Source: Gnetum montanum (lineage: Eukaryota; Plantae; Gnetophyta). Taken from it: a stretch of DNA of 64,000 bases. The notes below the pieces were generated by a model. It searched no databases. It had not been told where the DNA came from and saw nothing but the letters and a program-made list of their open reading frames with translations. The position numbers were made by a program, and so were the translations under genes. Positions 10,812-24,174 of the stretch are shown here, one piece after another; the first letter of the stretch is position 1; the number at the start of each line of letters is the position of its first letter. Where the stretch lies: the NCBI GenBank assembly GCA_015680685.1, contig MNCI01000690.1:814615-878614 (forward strand). The letters run 5' to 3'.

Positions 10812-13730
10812 AGTGGGATCCTAGATTATCCAAGAGTTACATACATCATTCATCCCCTTTGTCCCATACATGTTGGCACAAAGATCATTTTCATTATTTA
10901 GTTCTTCCACAACCATGATGACCTGGCCTTTTCCTTTATTACTGTAGCCCATTGTAAGGCCTCAAGCCTTTAAACTCATGCCCCAATTATTTGTATAGAT
11001 ACCACAATCAACAGGAACACCCCAAGGCCTTGATCAAGCATTCAAAATGATCCAAGACCTTACAGAAGAGTTATGGATGCTCAAGGCTTTGACAACTCAG
11101 ATAGTGAAAATAATGGATTTTTATCAAGATGATCCTATCAGTCTTGTTGTCTCATAGATAACTCTTTCCCTGGTTATCATTATACCTTAATTCACTAAGT
11201 ATAATGATGAGGGTGATCCTAATGCCCACCTTATTACCTTTCATTCTGAGTGCTTATTGTTACAAGCCTAGACACATACCATAATGCAAATCTTCCCTAT
11301 GTCCCTTACTAGAAAAGCCTTGGACTAATATCATGCATTACTAAGATGATCTATCTCCTTACTTGAAGACTTGATATTGTAGTTTGTTAACTATTTCAAG
11401 TATAACTTGAAACCTGACATGACTCTTAACTAGCTAATGAAGGTTAAGTAGGGATCCCTTAAACCCAAGGAAAAATTTATATAATGATGGAATGCTCTTC
11501 TTAATGAGATTCTAGAACCTATAGCTAATACCTACCTTCTCACTATATGCAAGATGGTGGTTAATGAAATTATTAAGTCTAAAGTTTACTATCTAGACCC
11601 TTGGTCACTCAACTAGGCTTTTTCATAAACTAAGAACATAGAGGATGCCATTGAGCCTAGTCATGATCCTGCCTATGTGGCATATAAGAACCATCACACT
11701 AGGAAGGATAAAAAGAAGGGAAGGCAAAACAATGTAGCCATGGCCATCATGGCTAGAGAGAACAAAACTGAGCAAGGGCCCAAAATGAAACAACCCAAGG
11801 CCCCTACCAACAACAATTAACCCTTAACCTCCAGGGCCTCTACATCAACCAACTCAAGACCCAACCTCAAATGAAAATACCAATCAAAGTACACTAGGTT
11901 ACCTCTAAAACCATCTAAACTCCTTAACTAGTTAATGAGTGGAAGAATCCAATATAACCAAATGACAAAGAATGCCTTGTAAGAGGCATGATCGATTATG
12001 TGAAATTGCAAAGAATTGTACTCTTGTAATCAAGGATGATCCACAAGTACCTAAGTACTTCAAATTTGAATATTTCTATCACTACCATCAACTACCAAGT
12101 CATGATACTGACTTTTACTTGGCCCTCAAGGATGACCTGCAGAAGATGATAGATAATGGGGAGTTGGTCCTTAATTCCTTTAACCTAATCAAACCATAAA
12201 ACCAATCCATGTAGGTCTACAAGGATCCATTGAATGCTAACAACATTTCATGTACCATAGTGGCATTCAATGTGAGCAACAATTTAAGACCTGCACAAGA
12301 GCCATTTATGATCTATGTACCTCCTTGCAAAAAAAGGGGTCCTTCAACTTAGACTAGTTCAAGTATCCCCTTTGTTGTAAAGAAACCATCACTAGCACCT
12401 TCCAAGGAATCTTTCGTGATTAGAGTGCCCCCTCCCACTACAATCAAACCTATCATTACAACCAAATAATGCCCTCCTATGGTGGCCAACACAATGACTT
12501 CTTTTCAAACAAACAACAATAATAAGGAATCATCAAGTAAATAATGTAGGAAGTATGCACCAAAGCCTAAGAATAAATATAACAAGTAGGCTAAGGCATG
12601 GAAGGAGATGGACCTGCCAAAGTCCACTCTTATTTCATCCATTTCCCTAAGCTCTAACGCTCAAGCCACTTCAACAAGTCAAACATGAGAGGACCACAAG
12701 TCATAAATGAAAGGGAAAGAGGCCAAAGAACAACCCTTAAAACATGAAATTCACATCCTGGGATGCATGGGGGAAGTTAAAGCCAAAAGGAATGGAAAAA
12801 AAATCAACAACAAGGACTTCCTTAATGCAATGGAATAGGTTAAGCAATCCTTAAAATATAAGAACATATTCCTTAGCCTGTATGACTTGGTAATGACTTC
12901 TAGTGAAAACTGTAAGGCACTAGTAAAAATGTTGACTTCTATTCATGTTAGTGAGGACATCCCTACTAGTGAAGATTCAATTCACATAATAATGGTACCA
13001 CCTTCATCAGAGGAAAAAATAAAGTCAACGACACTAGTGTTCCATGATAGTGAGATCAAGACTAATCCCTAGGACGACAAGACAACCAAAGCCCCTCTCT
13101 TCATAATGATAAGAGTGGGGTAATACAAGATACATAGGGTGCATATAGATGATGAGACAACAACCAATGAAATACCCTATACCATTGTCAAATGTTTAGG
13201 CTTAATGGAGCACATGCATTATACCTCAACTTCTATCCTTAAATCCTTTAATGGATCTTGGGTAACTATAAAAGGTTCTATTTCTTTAGATTTCATGGTA
13301 GGGGACAATTCCCCATAACAACCAATTTCTTGGTGGTGGAAGATACTAGGATTTAACCTTATCCTAGGGAGGCCTTGGCTAGCTTAGTTATGAGCTGTTT
13401 CCTCACCCATCTACTAAGAAATTCACCTACCTTATGAGGGAGGTGAAATCATTATCCATGGTGATAGTGTGGTTGCCTTGGTAGTTAACAAAATTAACAT
13501 AGAACAAGGATTTGAAGTGGAGTTCCAAGAAAAACTTCCACTATTAACCATGAAGTTGAAATACTCAATAGAGTAGAAGAGGCCAAAACTAACACCAATG
13601 GAACCATGGATGCACCATGGGAAGACATCCACTTCAATATGATTATCAAAGGATGGGGAATACAAAATCATGCAACATAGACCATACATCGTTCCTAATA
13701 TTTCAAAAATTAGGAAACACTTGCATGATT
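10812..13730 (+). pseudogene. gag: Gag-protease pseudogene of element C
   Basis: Fragments FTKYNDEGDPNAHL, FPMSLTRKALD, HYHQLPSHDTDF, LYDLVMTS, VHIDDE, FNLILGRPWL. Many CAG/CAA-to-stop changes. Confidence 0.8.
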
Positions 13731-14013
13731 GATGTATGTTTCCTATTTGCTTATCCTTGCACCCATAACCATGTAGCCTTCTTAGCGTAGTTTGAACGTT
13801 AGTTACATGTACCATTTTATGTTACTTTGTTTTACCTTGTGTTTACTTTACTTTGCATGTAGCCTAGAGTTTATTCTTATTTACAATTTACTTTTTTATG
13901 CCCTATCTATCTCAATGCATGAAACATGAAAAATATCATAAAAATATTTAAACCTGAAAAACTCAAAAAATATTAAAACAAAAAACTTATAAAAACTTTT
14001 TTTTATTGATATG

Positions 14014-14466
14014 CATGGTCCACCATGACCTAAAACTACCAAACATATGGCCCTTCTAGGGCTAAAACTAGCAAACATATAATCTACCACTACCTAAAAC
14101 TCGTAAAACAAAATGGCCCATCATGGCCTAAAACTGGCAAACATATGATCCACCACTACATAAAACTGGCAAAACATGTGACCCACCATAGCCTAAAACT
14201 AGTGAACATATGGCCTACCTTGGCCTAAAATTGGCAAACATATGGCTTGCCATGGTCTAAAACTAGAAAAATGTGTGGCCTACCATGGCCTAAAATTAGC
14301 AAACATATGGCCCACCATGGGCTAATAAAAGAGGTAAAATGCAATGGCCCACTAAGGCCTAAAATTGGCAACATCATGATTCACTAAGGGCCAAAAATTG
14401 CAACCTCAAGACCCACTATGGTTTAAAACTAGCAAATCACATGACCCACCATGGCCTAAAATTGGT
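14014..14466 (+). repeat. Post-protease tandem array, ~32-bp unit CATGGCCTAAAACTGGCAAACATATGGCCCAC, about 14 copies
   Basis: Directly visible degenerate tandem repeats. Confidence 0.85.
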
Positions 14467-14879
14467 ATAACTTCTTATAGCTAATTACAATCTCATTTAC
14501 ATTTTAGTTGCCTAGTCAATTTACATTTTTTATGACCACAAAAGTTAACTAATGTAGTCTTATGACATTAATAAAAGTGTAAAAATGTATAAAATGCATG
14601 AAACTAGAAGATACTAAAACATATAAACGAAATCAAAGTTTAAAGATAATAACTAAAATATCTTAACTCATAGCTAGGGTCACATAGTGTGACAAGAGTT
14701 TAAACAACATAATAAATAAACATAATTCTAGCCTTCATAACTACATTGTGTAGCAATAAAACAATGCATAAAACAATAAACCATCTCTCAACAACCAAAG
14801 GCTAACACTAGCCAAAACATCAAAATAACATCAACAACAATGATAAAGATAGGCAACGACAATAATCAAGTAATGGTAC

Positions 14880-16520
14880 TAAGGTGCAGCTAGAGGTGGT
14901 TGAGAAGCACTTCCAACATCATCACCATTGGAGCCACTGGTGTTACCTAGTACCTATACCACAACAACATAAGTTTAATTAGTAATCAACATGGAATGAA
15001 ACCAAATCACAAATTAAACTAAAATAAAACATGCTAAAACAAACTAAATATAAACAAGCTTAGGAGGGCTCGAGTGTAACATCCTCTATAGGGAGGCTTT
15101 GAATGCCAACCTCTAGATGATGGAGGATTTGATCTTTAGTCATGTGGGCCTATTCCACCTCCTTGAGATTAACACCAATTAGGATTTTTCTCTCATTGAT
15201 CTTAGTTCATGTATGTTGCTCCCACAAAAATGTAGTGGTGGCTACCTCCTTAGTAGTAGAGGCCTAAGGAGTTGGGGAATTAGCCATCATTAAAGAGATT
15301 TCAAATAGTTTGAAGATAATTTCTTCTTAAATCCCCCTCATGAATAGCTCCAACTTATTCCATTCAATGAACTCCTCCTATAGCCACTTAAGATAGGCTT
15401 CATGTTCTGCCTTGTACTTCTTCTTATGGTCTTTTTGTGCTTAGCCCCACTCAAGGACCAAAGCATAATAATTTCTTTACTTCCTAGCCTTGTGAGCCAG
15501 TAAGTCCATCTACAACCTCTACTCCATGATGTTCCTAGAAAGGGAAACCTTGTTATGGATGGCATTCCAATATCATGCCCACATTATCTCCTTGGTTTGT
15601 AAGGAGTCCCTATTAGCCACATGGGCTTCCACAAACCTATTACGATCTTGGAGATCTTTAACAACCTTCACCTGCCTCTTAGTTTCTTTTTCCAATGCCA
15701 CAACACATCCCTAGGTACCTGGAACACTGGTAAGAAAAATTTTCTAAGTGTCAATGTTACCTAGTTTCAAAGGGGTAAAACAATGAAAACCAAAAATTTC
15801 ATCATGACTGTTCTATGAGAAATTCATAGAAAGTTAATTGTGGACCAAAATTTAGTGATTCCATAGCCATTTTAACCAATAAATAGTAAACATAAAATTC
15901 ACAACCAAAAAACAAACAAAAATTCTTGGCCATTTTTATGTAAAAAAATTGGAAAAGTGACCTTAAAAACAACAAAAAACAAAAAACCAATGTGCACTAG
16001 CTTATGGAAAAATTTGTAAAAATTCAACCATGAGTCAAAAATCAATGGTTGTACCATTGTTTTCATTGTTAGACAATGTACTATAATCCTATGGCATCAA
16101 AAGATGAAAAATCCTAGCTATTCTCTTAAGAAAAAGAAAAGAAAGAGGTGTTACTTTTAAATAAAAAATAGTGAAAACTACACAAAACAAAGCCAAATAA
16201 AATCTATAGATCAACACTAAAGAAATTTACAATTGAAACAACACTACAAACATATAAAACTGACCTAGATGTGGTGTAGGATTTTCAAGAAAATTGATTT
16301 TATATCATACACAAGTCAAGATAACCCAAAACGCCTATGTTACAGGCAAGAAAAACTAAAAAATACATGGAAAAGGTGGCCTGAAGTGCTATACCTGGTA
16401 GTCATGGTAGAGGGTCCTTCCCCCATTAGAGATCATGACATATGTGAAATCCCCTTTACTATAGCATCCTCATCCTCCAATGTTGGATTCTTTCTTGTGG
16501 TTGCCTTCCTCTTCAACATC
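14880..16520 (-). pseudogene. Short remnant of the antisense accessory gene in element C (putative exon 1 plus C-terminal charged exons; no FCP1-like exon seen)
   Basis: Minus strand reads YALVLEWG*AQKDHKKKYKAEHEAYLKWL*EEFIE, versus F YCAGVQEWGKKEKDHKHVYKRESQAYQKRYRESAIK. Acceptor tttcttaccag at 15727, donor gtatag near 16397. Confidence 0.55.
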
Positions 16521-17561
16521 TCAATTTATAGTGCAGAAAAAACCTTCAAAATCTTCAAGATCTAAACACCACTACTACTCCTTGAGATAGAATGATTAAG
16601 TAATGTTAGGATTGATGGTATGGAAATAAATATTATTGTAAGAGCTCTCAATCTATGCACTACCTTAAGAAAATGAGTTTGGAAAAATTAACAAGTTAAA
16701 ACTAATTCTACACCTATGTGTCCCCTAATAAACTCCCTTGACCAATTCACTCACTTAACTCATAGTGAACTAATAGTGTAAAGGGGGAAAGTCTTAGCTA
16801 CACTAGGATGGTGGGAAGTATGATGAAAAAATACTATTGAAATTTGGATGGACCCCATCATGTGCCTCCCAAGCAATGGGATTCACAACCAAAATACCAT
16901 CTACACTAGGGTTAAACTTCCATAAAGCCTTGGGATGCATCCTTAACTTTGAAACCTACCTCATCCATGCTAGTGAGCATGGGTCCAGCCATCCCTACTA
17001 CAACATATAAAAATCCAAGAGTTCCATACCTAATTTAGAAACTGGATCTTAACATTAGCAAGTACCAAACCCTGAGAAATACAAAAAAACTCATCATAGA
17101 ACATGTTATTATGGGTAACAACATTGGCCAAAAGACCAACCATGCTCGCCAGTGATGCTCAAGGGGGGAAGATACTTCAAAACATCAATCAAACCTTAAT
17201 TCAACTCCATAATGACCATGTAAAGCCTAAAACCCTAATAGGAGCACTTGGTAGCCCTAAAACTTTGTCAAACCCAACAAAAGTGGAAAAAACCATGGAT
17301 TCTAGTTTAGCCACACTGGGTTACCCCAACCATGCTAGCTAGCATGGTCCCAGTCTGGTTGGATTGGGTGTGATCATAAATACCAAATATAACCTCTAAA
17401 TTTACACATCATGGCCTCTATGCCTTCCCAGAGTCTCTAATAACCAAAAATTAATTAAATTTCACCTCAAACCACCTATCCATGCTGAGGAATCCCTCAC
17501 CCATGCTAGCCAACATGGATCTAGCATAAGTACTCTAAAAAAATCAAGAAAAAGTTATAAA

Positions 17562-19252
17562 TAAATCACCACTAAATTCAAGTGACAGCACTTCAATGGA
17601 AAATTTGTCTTTAAGTGTCAACACAAGGCAAATTTTTTCCTAAGTGTTTGACCCATGTTTCAACTGGTGGGACTATGTTTCAGAGTGTAGTTAGTGTAGC
17701 ATGCAGCATAGAACTAGATTTGCAAAATGTTCCAAGTGTTGACAATAGTTGCAAAAACTTTTTCTAAGTGTTGTGCTATGCTCCCATTCTCTCTGCTACA
17801 CTCCAAAGCATAGCCAACATAGCATGTGCTTTAGTGGCCAGTTTTCCTAAGTGTTAAGCTAGAAGCTATTAAGCTAGGTTAGCATGGAAGAGGCATTCTA
17901 GCATATTTTCTAACTCCTAAAGCTACCCCTTCTGCAACGCTGTAGAGCATAGCTAAAGTAGCCTAGATGAAGACTGCAAATTTTGCCAATTTTTTCTAAG
18001 TGTTAGTGCTATGCTCTCACTCTTCCTGGTATGTTGTAGAGCATAGCTAGTGTATCCAGCATTGGACCTTAATTTTTGTAGAATTTTCCTAACTATTGGG
18101 CTACCCTCTAGAGTGTATCTCGCATAGCAATGCAAGACAGCCCCCAAAAGCTTCTAGAGCTTTACACTAGCCTCCATTTCATCTCCAACACTTCTTTAGC
18201 AAGCAAGATCTACAATTTGTGTCTCTTTTGCATCCCCTATGTCCCAACATTGTACCTACACTCAATTCCACTTGAAATAGGGGAAAGCATAGTCCTGGAG
18301 CATAGCCTTCAAATTGCATTGTTTTGTACTATTTACAAGTACATTATAGTCTTTTCAACTTTGGCACATGTAATCTTGGCAATGTAGTCATAGTTTGGTA
18401 GTCTCTTGGGGTCTACTAGAGCACACTAGAGCATAGCACCATTTTGCTTTAGTGAAAGTGTAGCTGGGATTAGCATAGCCTCAACTACCCTTTGCCACAT
18501 GGCATCTTATCTACACTTCACATCAACCCTAACCCTATAAATACCCCTATGTTTCACATTTTAGGGATTGACATTTTTGAAGGGTTGGCATTTTGAAATA
18601 GTTGGTTGAAAATTTCATTTTAGCAATTGGCACTTTGGCACTATCACCCTTGCACTTGAATGCCCTCAAAACCTTGGAAAAAACTTTGGGATACCTTTGC
18701 ACATCACAACCAACAAGACACTATGGCAGCCAACTTGGCAAGCACATACTTCATGAAGGATGTCAGTTTCATAGCTTGGACATCCCAAAAATTGTGGCTA
18801 CACTACCTACTGCACCCATATATACACCACATACCTTCTCACATTTCTTTTGCAATTGCTATGATCCCCCATTTGGGGTGGTTCCATTCTCCCTCTCACA
18901 AACTCCATTACATTTTCAAGCATTTTCTTTGACATTTAGCATCACACTCACATTTTTTCATTATTTTGCACATATTTGCACATTTGCACTATTATTTTCA
19001 CATCAGAAAAACCTTACATGCTTGAGCTTAGTCAGTCTTGGTACCACCAAAAATATTGTGCAAACCCTCTAGCACTTGTTCATTGAAACACGTTGTAAGT
19101 CTTGGTTTGATTAGCAAGACCATCTCATGCACTTCACCTCCATTTTCCCCCTCCAACGATGACTCTTCAGACAGGGGTAGGGTTAGGGCTATACCATGGC
19201 CACAAACCCCTCAGCATGATTATTCTAGCCACCAACATTTGTGGTTACTATA
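17562..19252 (+). repeat. 5' LTR of element D
   Basis: Colinear with 35686-37345; mutated termini TAAATCACCACTAAA...TTACTATA. Confidence 0.8.
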
Positions 19253-19278
19253 GTTTTCTAGCACTAGAAAGAGGGCCA
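19253..19278 (+). other. Primer-binding-site-like sequence of element D
   Basis: gttttcTAGCACTAGAAAGAGGGCC directly after the 5' LTR; a decayed equivalent of the element B site. Confidence 0.6.
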
Positions 19279-19889
19279 TGCCATCTCCTTTTGTGTTCAG
19301 TGGTAGTGCCATATGATCTTTGCACCTTCGTTACTAGTTTTAGGCTAGCGTAGACTTGACATCCCTATGGGAATTGCCATAGCAGTAGCTGGATCATAGG
19401 CCAACATAGGAGTTTTCTACAAGTCGGTTGATGTAGATTGAATCTAATTATCGCTTCCCTTGGAACCCCATTGGATGAAAGCCAAAGCATACCTTTGGCA
19501 CTTAGCCAAAACTCTATGTCCTTAGAAGAGCATAGTTGCCTCTTAGCATGAGAGCATAGCAAGCCTCAGTATAGTAAGCATAGCACACTAGAGTTAGTTT
19601 TTTCTTCAATAGCATTTTTAGACTTAGACAGTTTCATAGCAATTTTCACAATCTTGTTACTTAGCCATGTTTTAGTAGTTCTATACTTAGCCATTTTAGC
19701 ATTTGCAACTTTCACAATGTTTGCATTTTTTGCATAGCATCATGAATCCTGAGCAACCCTCAACCTCCATCCTAAGCATTGTTTTTTTTTTGACCTAGTT
19801 AGCGGGAGATCATAATTAATCTCCCTAAGGTTGGGGGGGCCACCTTGGTAGGGAGGTAGTTGCTTAGGATAAACAACCAACCTCCTAAG

Positions 19890-22800
19890 TACATGGTACT
19901 CAATGATGAAAAATATAACTTCCTTTGTGCAAAAATCTAGGTGGATCTATTGCTAGACTGCTAAGAAATGAACGCCAAATGAGGTTATGAAATCATACAC
20001 TAGAATAGGAGGGAGTACTTCCTTGCCCCCAACAATTTCATTTTGCTCATCGAGACCTTTTGGTGGCTACTTGATCAACTCATTTGACTGAGTGGGTCAA
20101 ATGAGTACGATGTAGCAACTGGTTATGAGGAGCCCCTAGAGGATGGGCAGGATGAGTTCAAGTCTTATTTAGAGAATGAGAACCCCTTTTACACCTCCTT
20201 CTAGCAAGCTACCTCTAGTCTCATCCCTTCATAGTCCCAACCATCTGCCTTCTATTAGGTGATTACATCCCCCTTGTCACCTCCCAAGTCAACCCCTGTG
20301 GTGGCAAGTCATCAAGTGCATATGCATCAAGGTGCAGGACCTTCTATCATCCCAACCTTTGTACATCACATGCATCAGAGTGTAGGACTATCAACCATCC
20401 TTACCTTCATGACATCCACATAGTCTATGCAATCCTTCTTGCTAACATCTATCATGCCCACATAGCCTTACGTGCACATTCTATAGATGTCCCAATCAAC
20501 ACCGACTCAAGAATCATATGTTTCACCTGTCCCATTAACACCCCCTATAATGGTCCAAGCCACAACTACATGGTGGGTCCCCGCCTCTATGCCTATGGCA
20601 TAGCATATGTAGGAGTACACATACCAGCATGTGCAACAAGCATCTCACATGGTTACATAGCCCACAGCGAGGCCGTGGGCCACTCAAGTAGTACAACAAG
20701 CAGCATAATTGGTGTAGCCCACTACATCCACCCTAGGCTTAGACCAAGTGTTCCAACTCATCTAAATTCTCACCGATGAGGTTAAGTCACTTAAAGCCTC
20801 CTCCTCCAAAATGGTCCATGTAATGGACTTTTACCAAGATGACCTAATCAGTCCTATGGTCCCATCACTGACCTTACCTCCTAGGGTCTAACTTCCCTAG
20901 TTCACTAAATATAATGGTGAAGGGGATCCTAACACTTATTTAGTGACCTTTTGTTCTAAATGCCTTCTATTGCAGGCATGTTTACCATGTCCTTGATCGG
21001 CAAGGCACTAGATTGATACTGCATGCTCCCTAGGGCCTCCATATCTTCCTTGGAGGAATTACTCAATCAATTCATTACTTACTTCAAGTACAACTTGAAG
21101 CCCAATGTGACCCTAGATCAACTATGCAAATTAAGTAAGCCATTTAGAGCCTATACAAAAATTCATCTAGCACTGGAGCACCACACTCAATGAAATTCAT
21201 GAGCCCATCATGGAAGCCCACTTACTAGCCATTTTCAAAGGTGTAGTGAACAACTTCATCAAGTCAAAGCTGTATTACCTTGCCTTTCACTCCTTGAGCT
21301 AGGTGTTTGCCTAAAAAAAGAGTATTTAGGATGCGGCAAAGGCTAGTAAGGACCTAGCCTACATGGCCTACAAAAACATGCATGTAAAGAAAGATAAGAA
21401 AAAGGGCAAGGCAACCACAACTATTGCAACTATGGCCAATGAGGCTAAGCCAAAAAATGCCAAACCAATAGCCAAGGTGCCTAAGGCCCTAGCCAATAGC
21501 AAGGCATCTAGCTCTGGCACTTCTTTAACCAACTAGTCTACACCATTGGTGATCACAAGGAAAGCTATCCCAAGGCCAAACTTTTAGCACAAGGACTACT
21601 TAAAGTACACATCATTGCCCATCAAGTTGTCAGAGCTCTTGGATCAACTACTTAATGTTGGATGCATCCAATATAAGCATATGTCTAAGGATGCTTGTAA
21701 GCACCATGATTGCTACTGCAAGCTCCCTAGAAACCCATCAATAGCTACATCAAATGAGCCTTTGGTCCCTAAGAATTTCAAGTTGGACTAGTTTTTCCAT
21801 TACCATCAACTACCTAGCCATGACACAGACTTTTGCATGGCCTTACTGAATGACATACAATGCATGATTGACCAAGGCCAACTGGTCCTTGATGCAACCA
21901 ACCTAGTTTGCCCAGAAAATTAATTAATAAAGGTCTACAAAGATCCTCTCAATGCAAGTGGTGTAGGCTACATTATCAATTCCATCAGCATTGATGATGA
22001 CTTAGAATTGGCACAAGAACCATTCGTAGTTTGTGTGCCCTCTAGAAACACTAGGGCCTCCTTGGCATCAACCAGTTCAAGGTTTCCTTTTTTCATTAGA
22101 GCACTTGTTCATGACATCCTTTGTGGTTAGGGCCCAACAATATGTTGTAGCAATAGCAACCCAGACATCTATTGTTGTTATGATGCTATAACATGTAGAC
22201 TCTTCATCTACTCAGACTCTGGTGGTGGGGACTGCATTAGGCCCTACTTGCCCAAGGCATCATCCCACATACAACAACAGGTAGTCTAGATGGTAGCCCA
22301 GGAGGCCCAATGAGCACCTCACTAACAAAATTATTAGGGAATTCCTAGCACTAAGTCCACCTAATCCCATCCCCTTGTCTTCTATTCCCATGGCCACATT
22401 AGTTGAAACAACCACTACAAGCAACCAACAAATGAGCACTGAGGCTCAAAAGCAAGTAAAATAAGCAAAGCCCAAATCTCCTCCTTGAGAGATCCATCTC
22501 TTGGATTGCATGGAGGAGATGAAGGCCAATAAAGCAACTAATAGTGATAAGGATTTCCTAGATGCATTGGCATAAGTCAAACAAGCTCTGAAATAGAAGA
22601 ATAAAACTTTGATCCTATACGACCTGGTCATGACCTCCTCCACTCACCACAAAGCACTAGTTTGCATGTTGACCTCCATTCCTCTTAAGGAGGACATCCC
22701 AACAAATGAACGAGCCACCCAATTCTTCGCCTATAACACAAGGATCAAGTTCAACATCTCTAGTATTTTGTGATAAGGTGATCAAGGTCAACCCTAAAAA

Positions 22801-23480
22801 GGGTTAGGTCATCATCACATCAATGTTCATAACCACTTGCATAGGGCAATGCAATATTTTCAAGGTGCATGTCGACAATGGAATGGCAACTAATTGCATC
22901 TTATTTCTAGTCATTGATCAACTCAGTCTTGTTGACCAAATCAAACCCATGAATATAATGTGCCTAAAGTCCTTTCATGGATCACACTTTGTTGTAAGAG
23001 GGACAATCATGATAGCTTTTGTGGTAGGGGAGCAGTTCCCCACAATAGTTGAATTCATTATCATTGAGAAGATGCCTAGGATCAACTTGATCCCGGGAAG
23101 AACTTGGCTAGCCCAATTATGGGCTATCTCCTTGTGCATCCACCAGGAAATCCACCTTCCATACAAATGTGGAGAAGTGATTATACATGGTAACAATGTA
23201 GCCACTTTGACCATCAACAACCTTAACATAGAACAAGGGTTAGAGGTAGAGTTCCCTAATGACATGTCACCCATGAAGGATGAGGGTCAACCTTGTTCGA
23301 CAGACCCACCAAAGGAACCAAAAGAGGCCAACGACCTTTCCAAGGAGGCTCTATGGGTAGAGTTGCCCTTTAGCATCATGGACAAGGGTCTAGGTGAATA
23401 TTTCCTAGTGTTGCCCGCCCCNNNNNNNNNNNNNNNNNNNNNNNNNNNNNNNNNNNNNNNNNNNNNNNNNNTACACAATT
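19890..23480 (+). pseudogene. gag: Gag-protease pseudogene of element D
   Basis: FTKYNGEGDPNTYL, IKSKLYYL, FHYHQLPSHDTDFC, VHVDNGMATN, INLIPGRTWL...IHQEIHLPY. Many stops and a 50-N gap at 23422-23471. Confidence 0.85.
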
Positions 23481-23703
23481 AAGGTATCCCCTTAGTTCAA
23501 CATGTGCTAGGTGCCTACTTCTTCTTTGCCTTTTTCTTGTACATTTACATTTCTCATAGTTGTTGATTTTTTACATCATTCATTTTGTTACACATTCATT
23601 CCTTCTGTCTATGCATTTTTATGTAGCTTTCTTACGCATTGAAAAACACTAAAATACATAAAAATCATAAAATTCAAAATTGCAAAAAAAAAAAAAAAAA
23701 ATA

Positions 23704-23955
23704 CATGGCCCTCCATGGCCTAAGATTTTCCACCTCCCTTGCATCACCATGGCCCAAAAATGCCTTAAACTAACATACAATCCACTACGGCCTAAAACTA
23801 GCAACCTATTTTCTTTCATCGCATCGGCCCAAAATGGCCTAAAACTATCACTGTAGCCCATCATGGCCTAAAAATGGCAACACCCTATCTTTTTATTCGT
23901 AGCTTGAAATGGCCTTAAACTAGCAACGGCCCTCCCACCATGGCCCTAAACTAGC
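23704..23955 (+). repeat. Post-protease dispersed tandem repeats (ATGGCCTAAAACTAGCA-like) in element D
   Basis: Same core as the 14014-14466 array. Confidence 0.7.
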
Positions 23956-24174
23956 ATGGGGTCCATAAAGGACCCAATCCCATTAATTAACGACATTACT
24001 AGCACGCAATACTTAGTAAAATAAACACAAAACTCTACATAATACATTGCCCACATAGCAAAAATGGTTCATCATTATATCTCCATTAATCTAGCAATAA
24101 ATACATGGCATGGCTATATAGCAAAAATGTCCAAGAAATGAAAAATTATCCAATAGAAGGACTACATTAGGACT

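Larger units (their letters stand above)
10812..17561 (+). mobile_element. Element C (old, heavily decayed Tat-type element): gag-PR, repeats, antisense gene remnant and spacer; probably resumes at 37346-37663
   Basis: Stop-riddled gag-PR at 10812-13730, tandem array at 14014-14466, antisense exons at 14880-16520. A CATGCTAG-rich spacer lies on both sides of element D. Confidence 0.7.
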
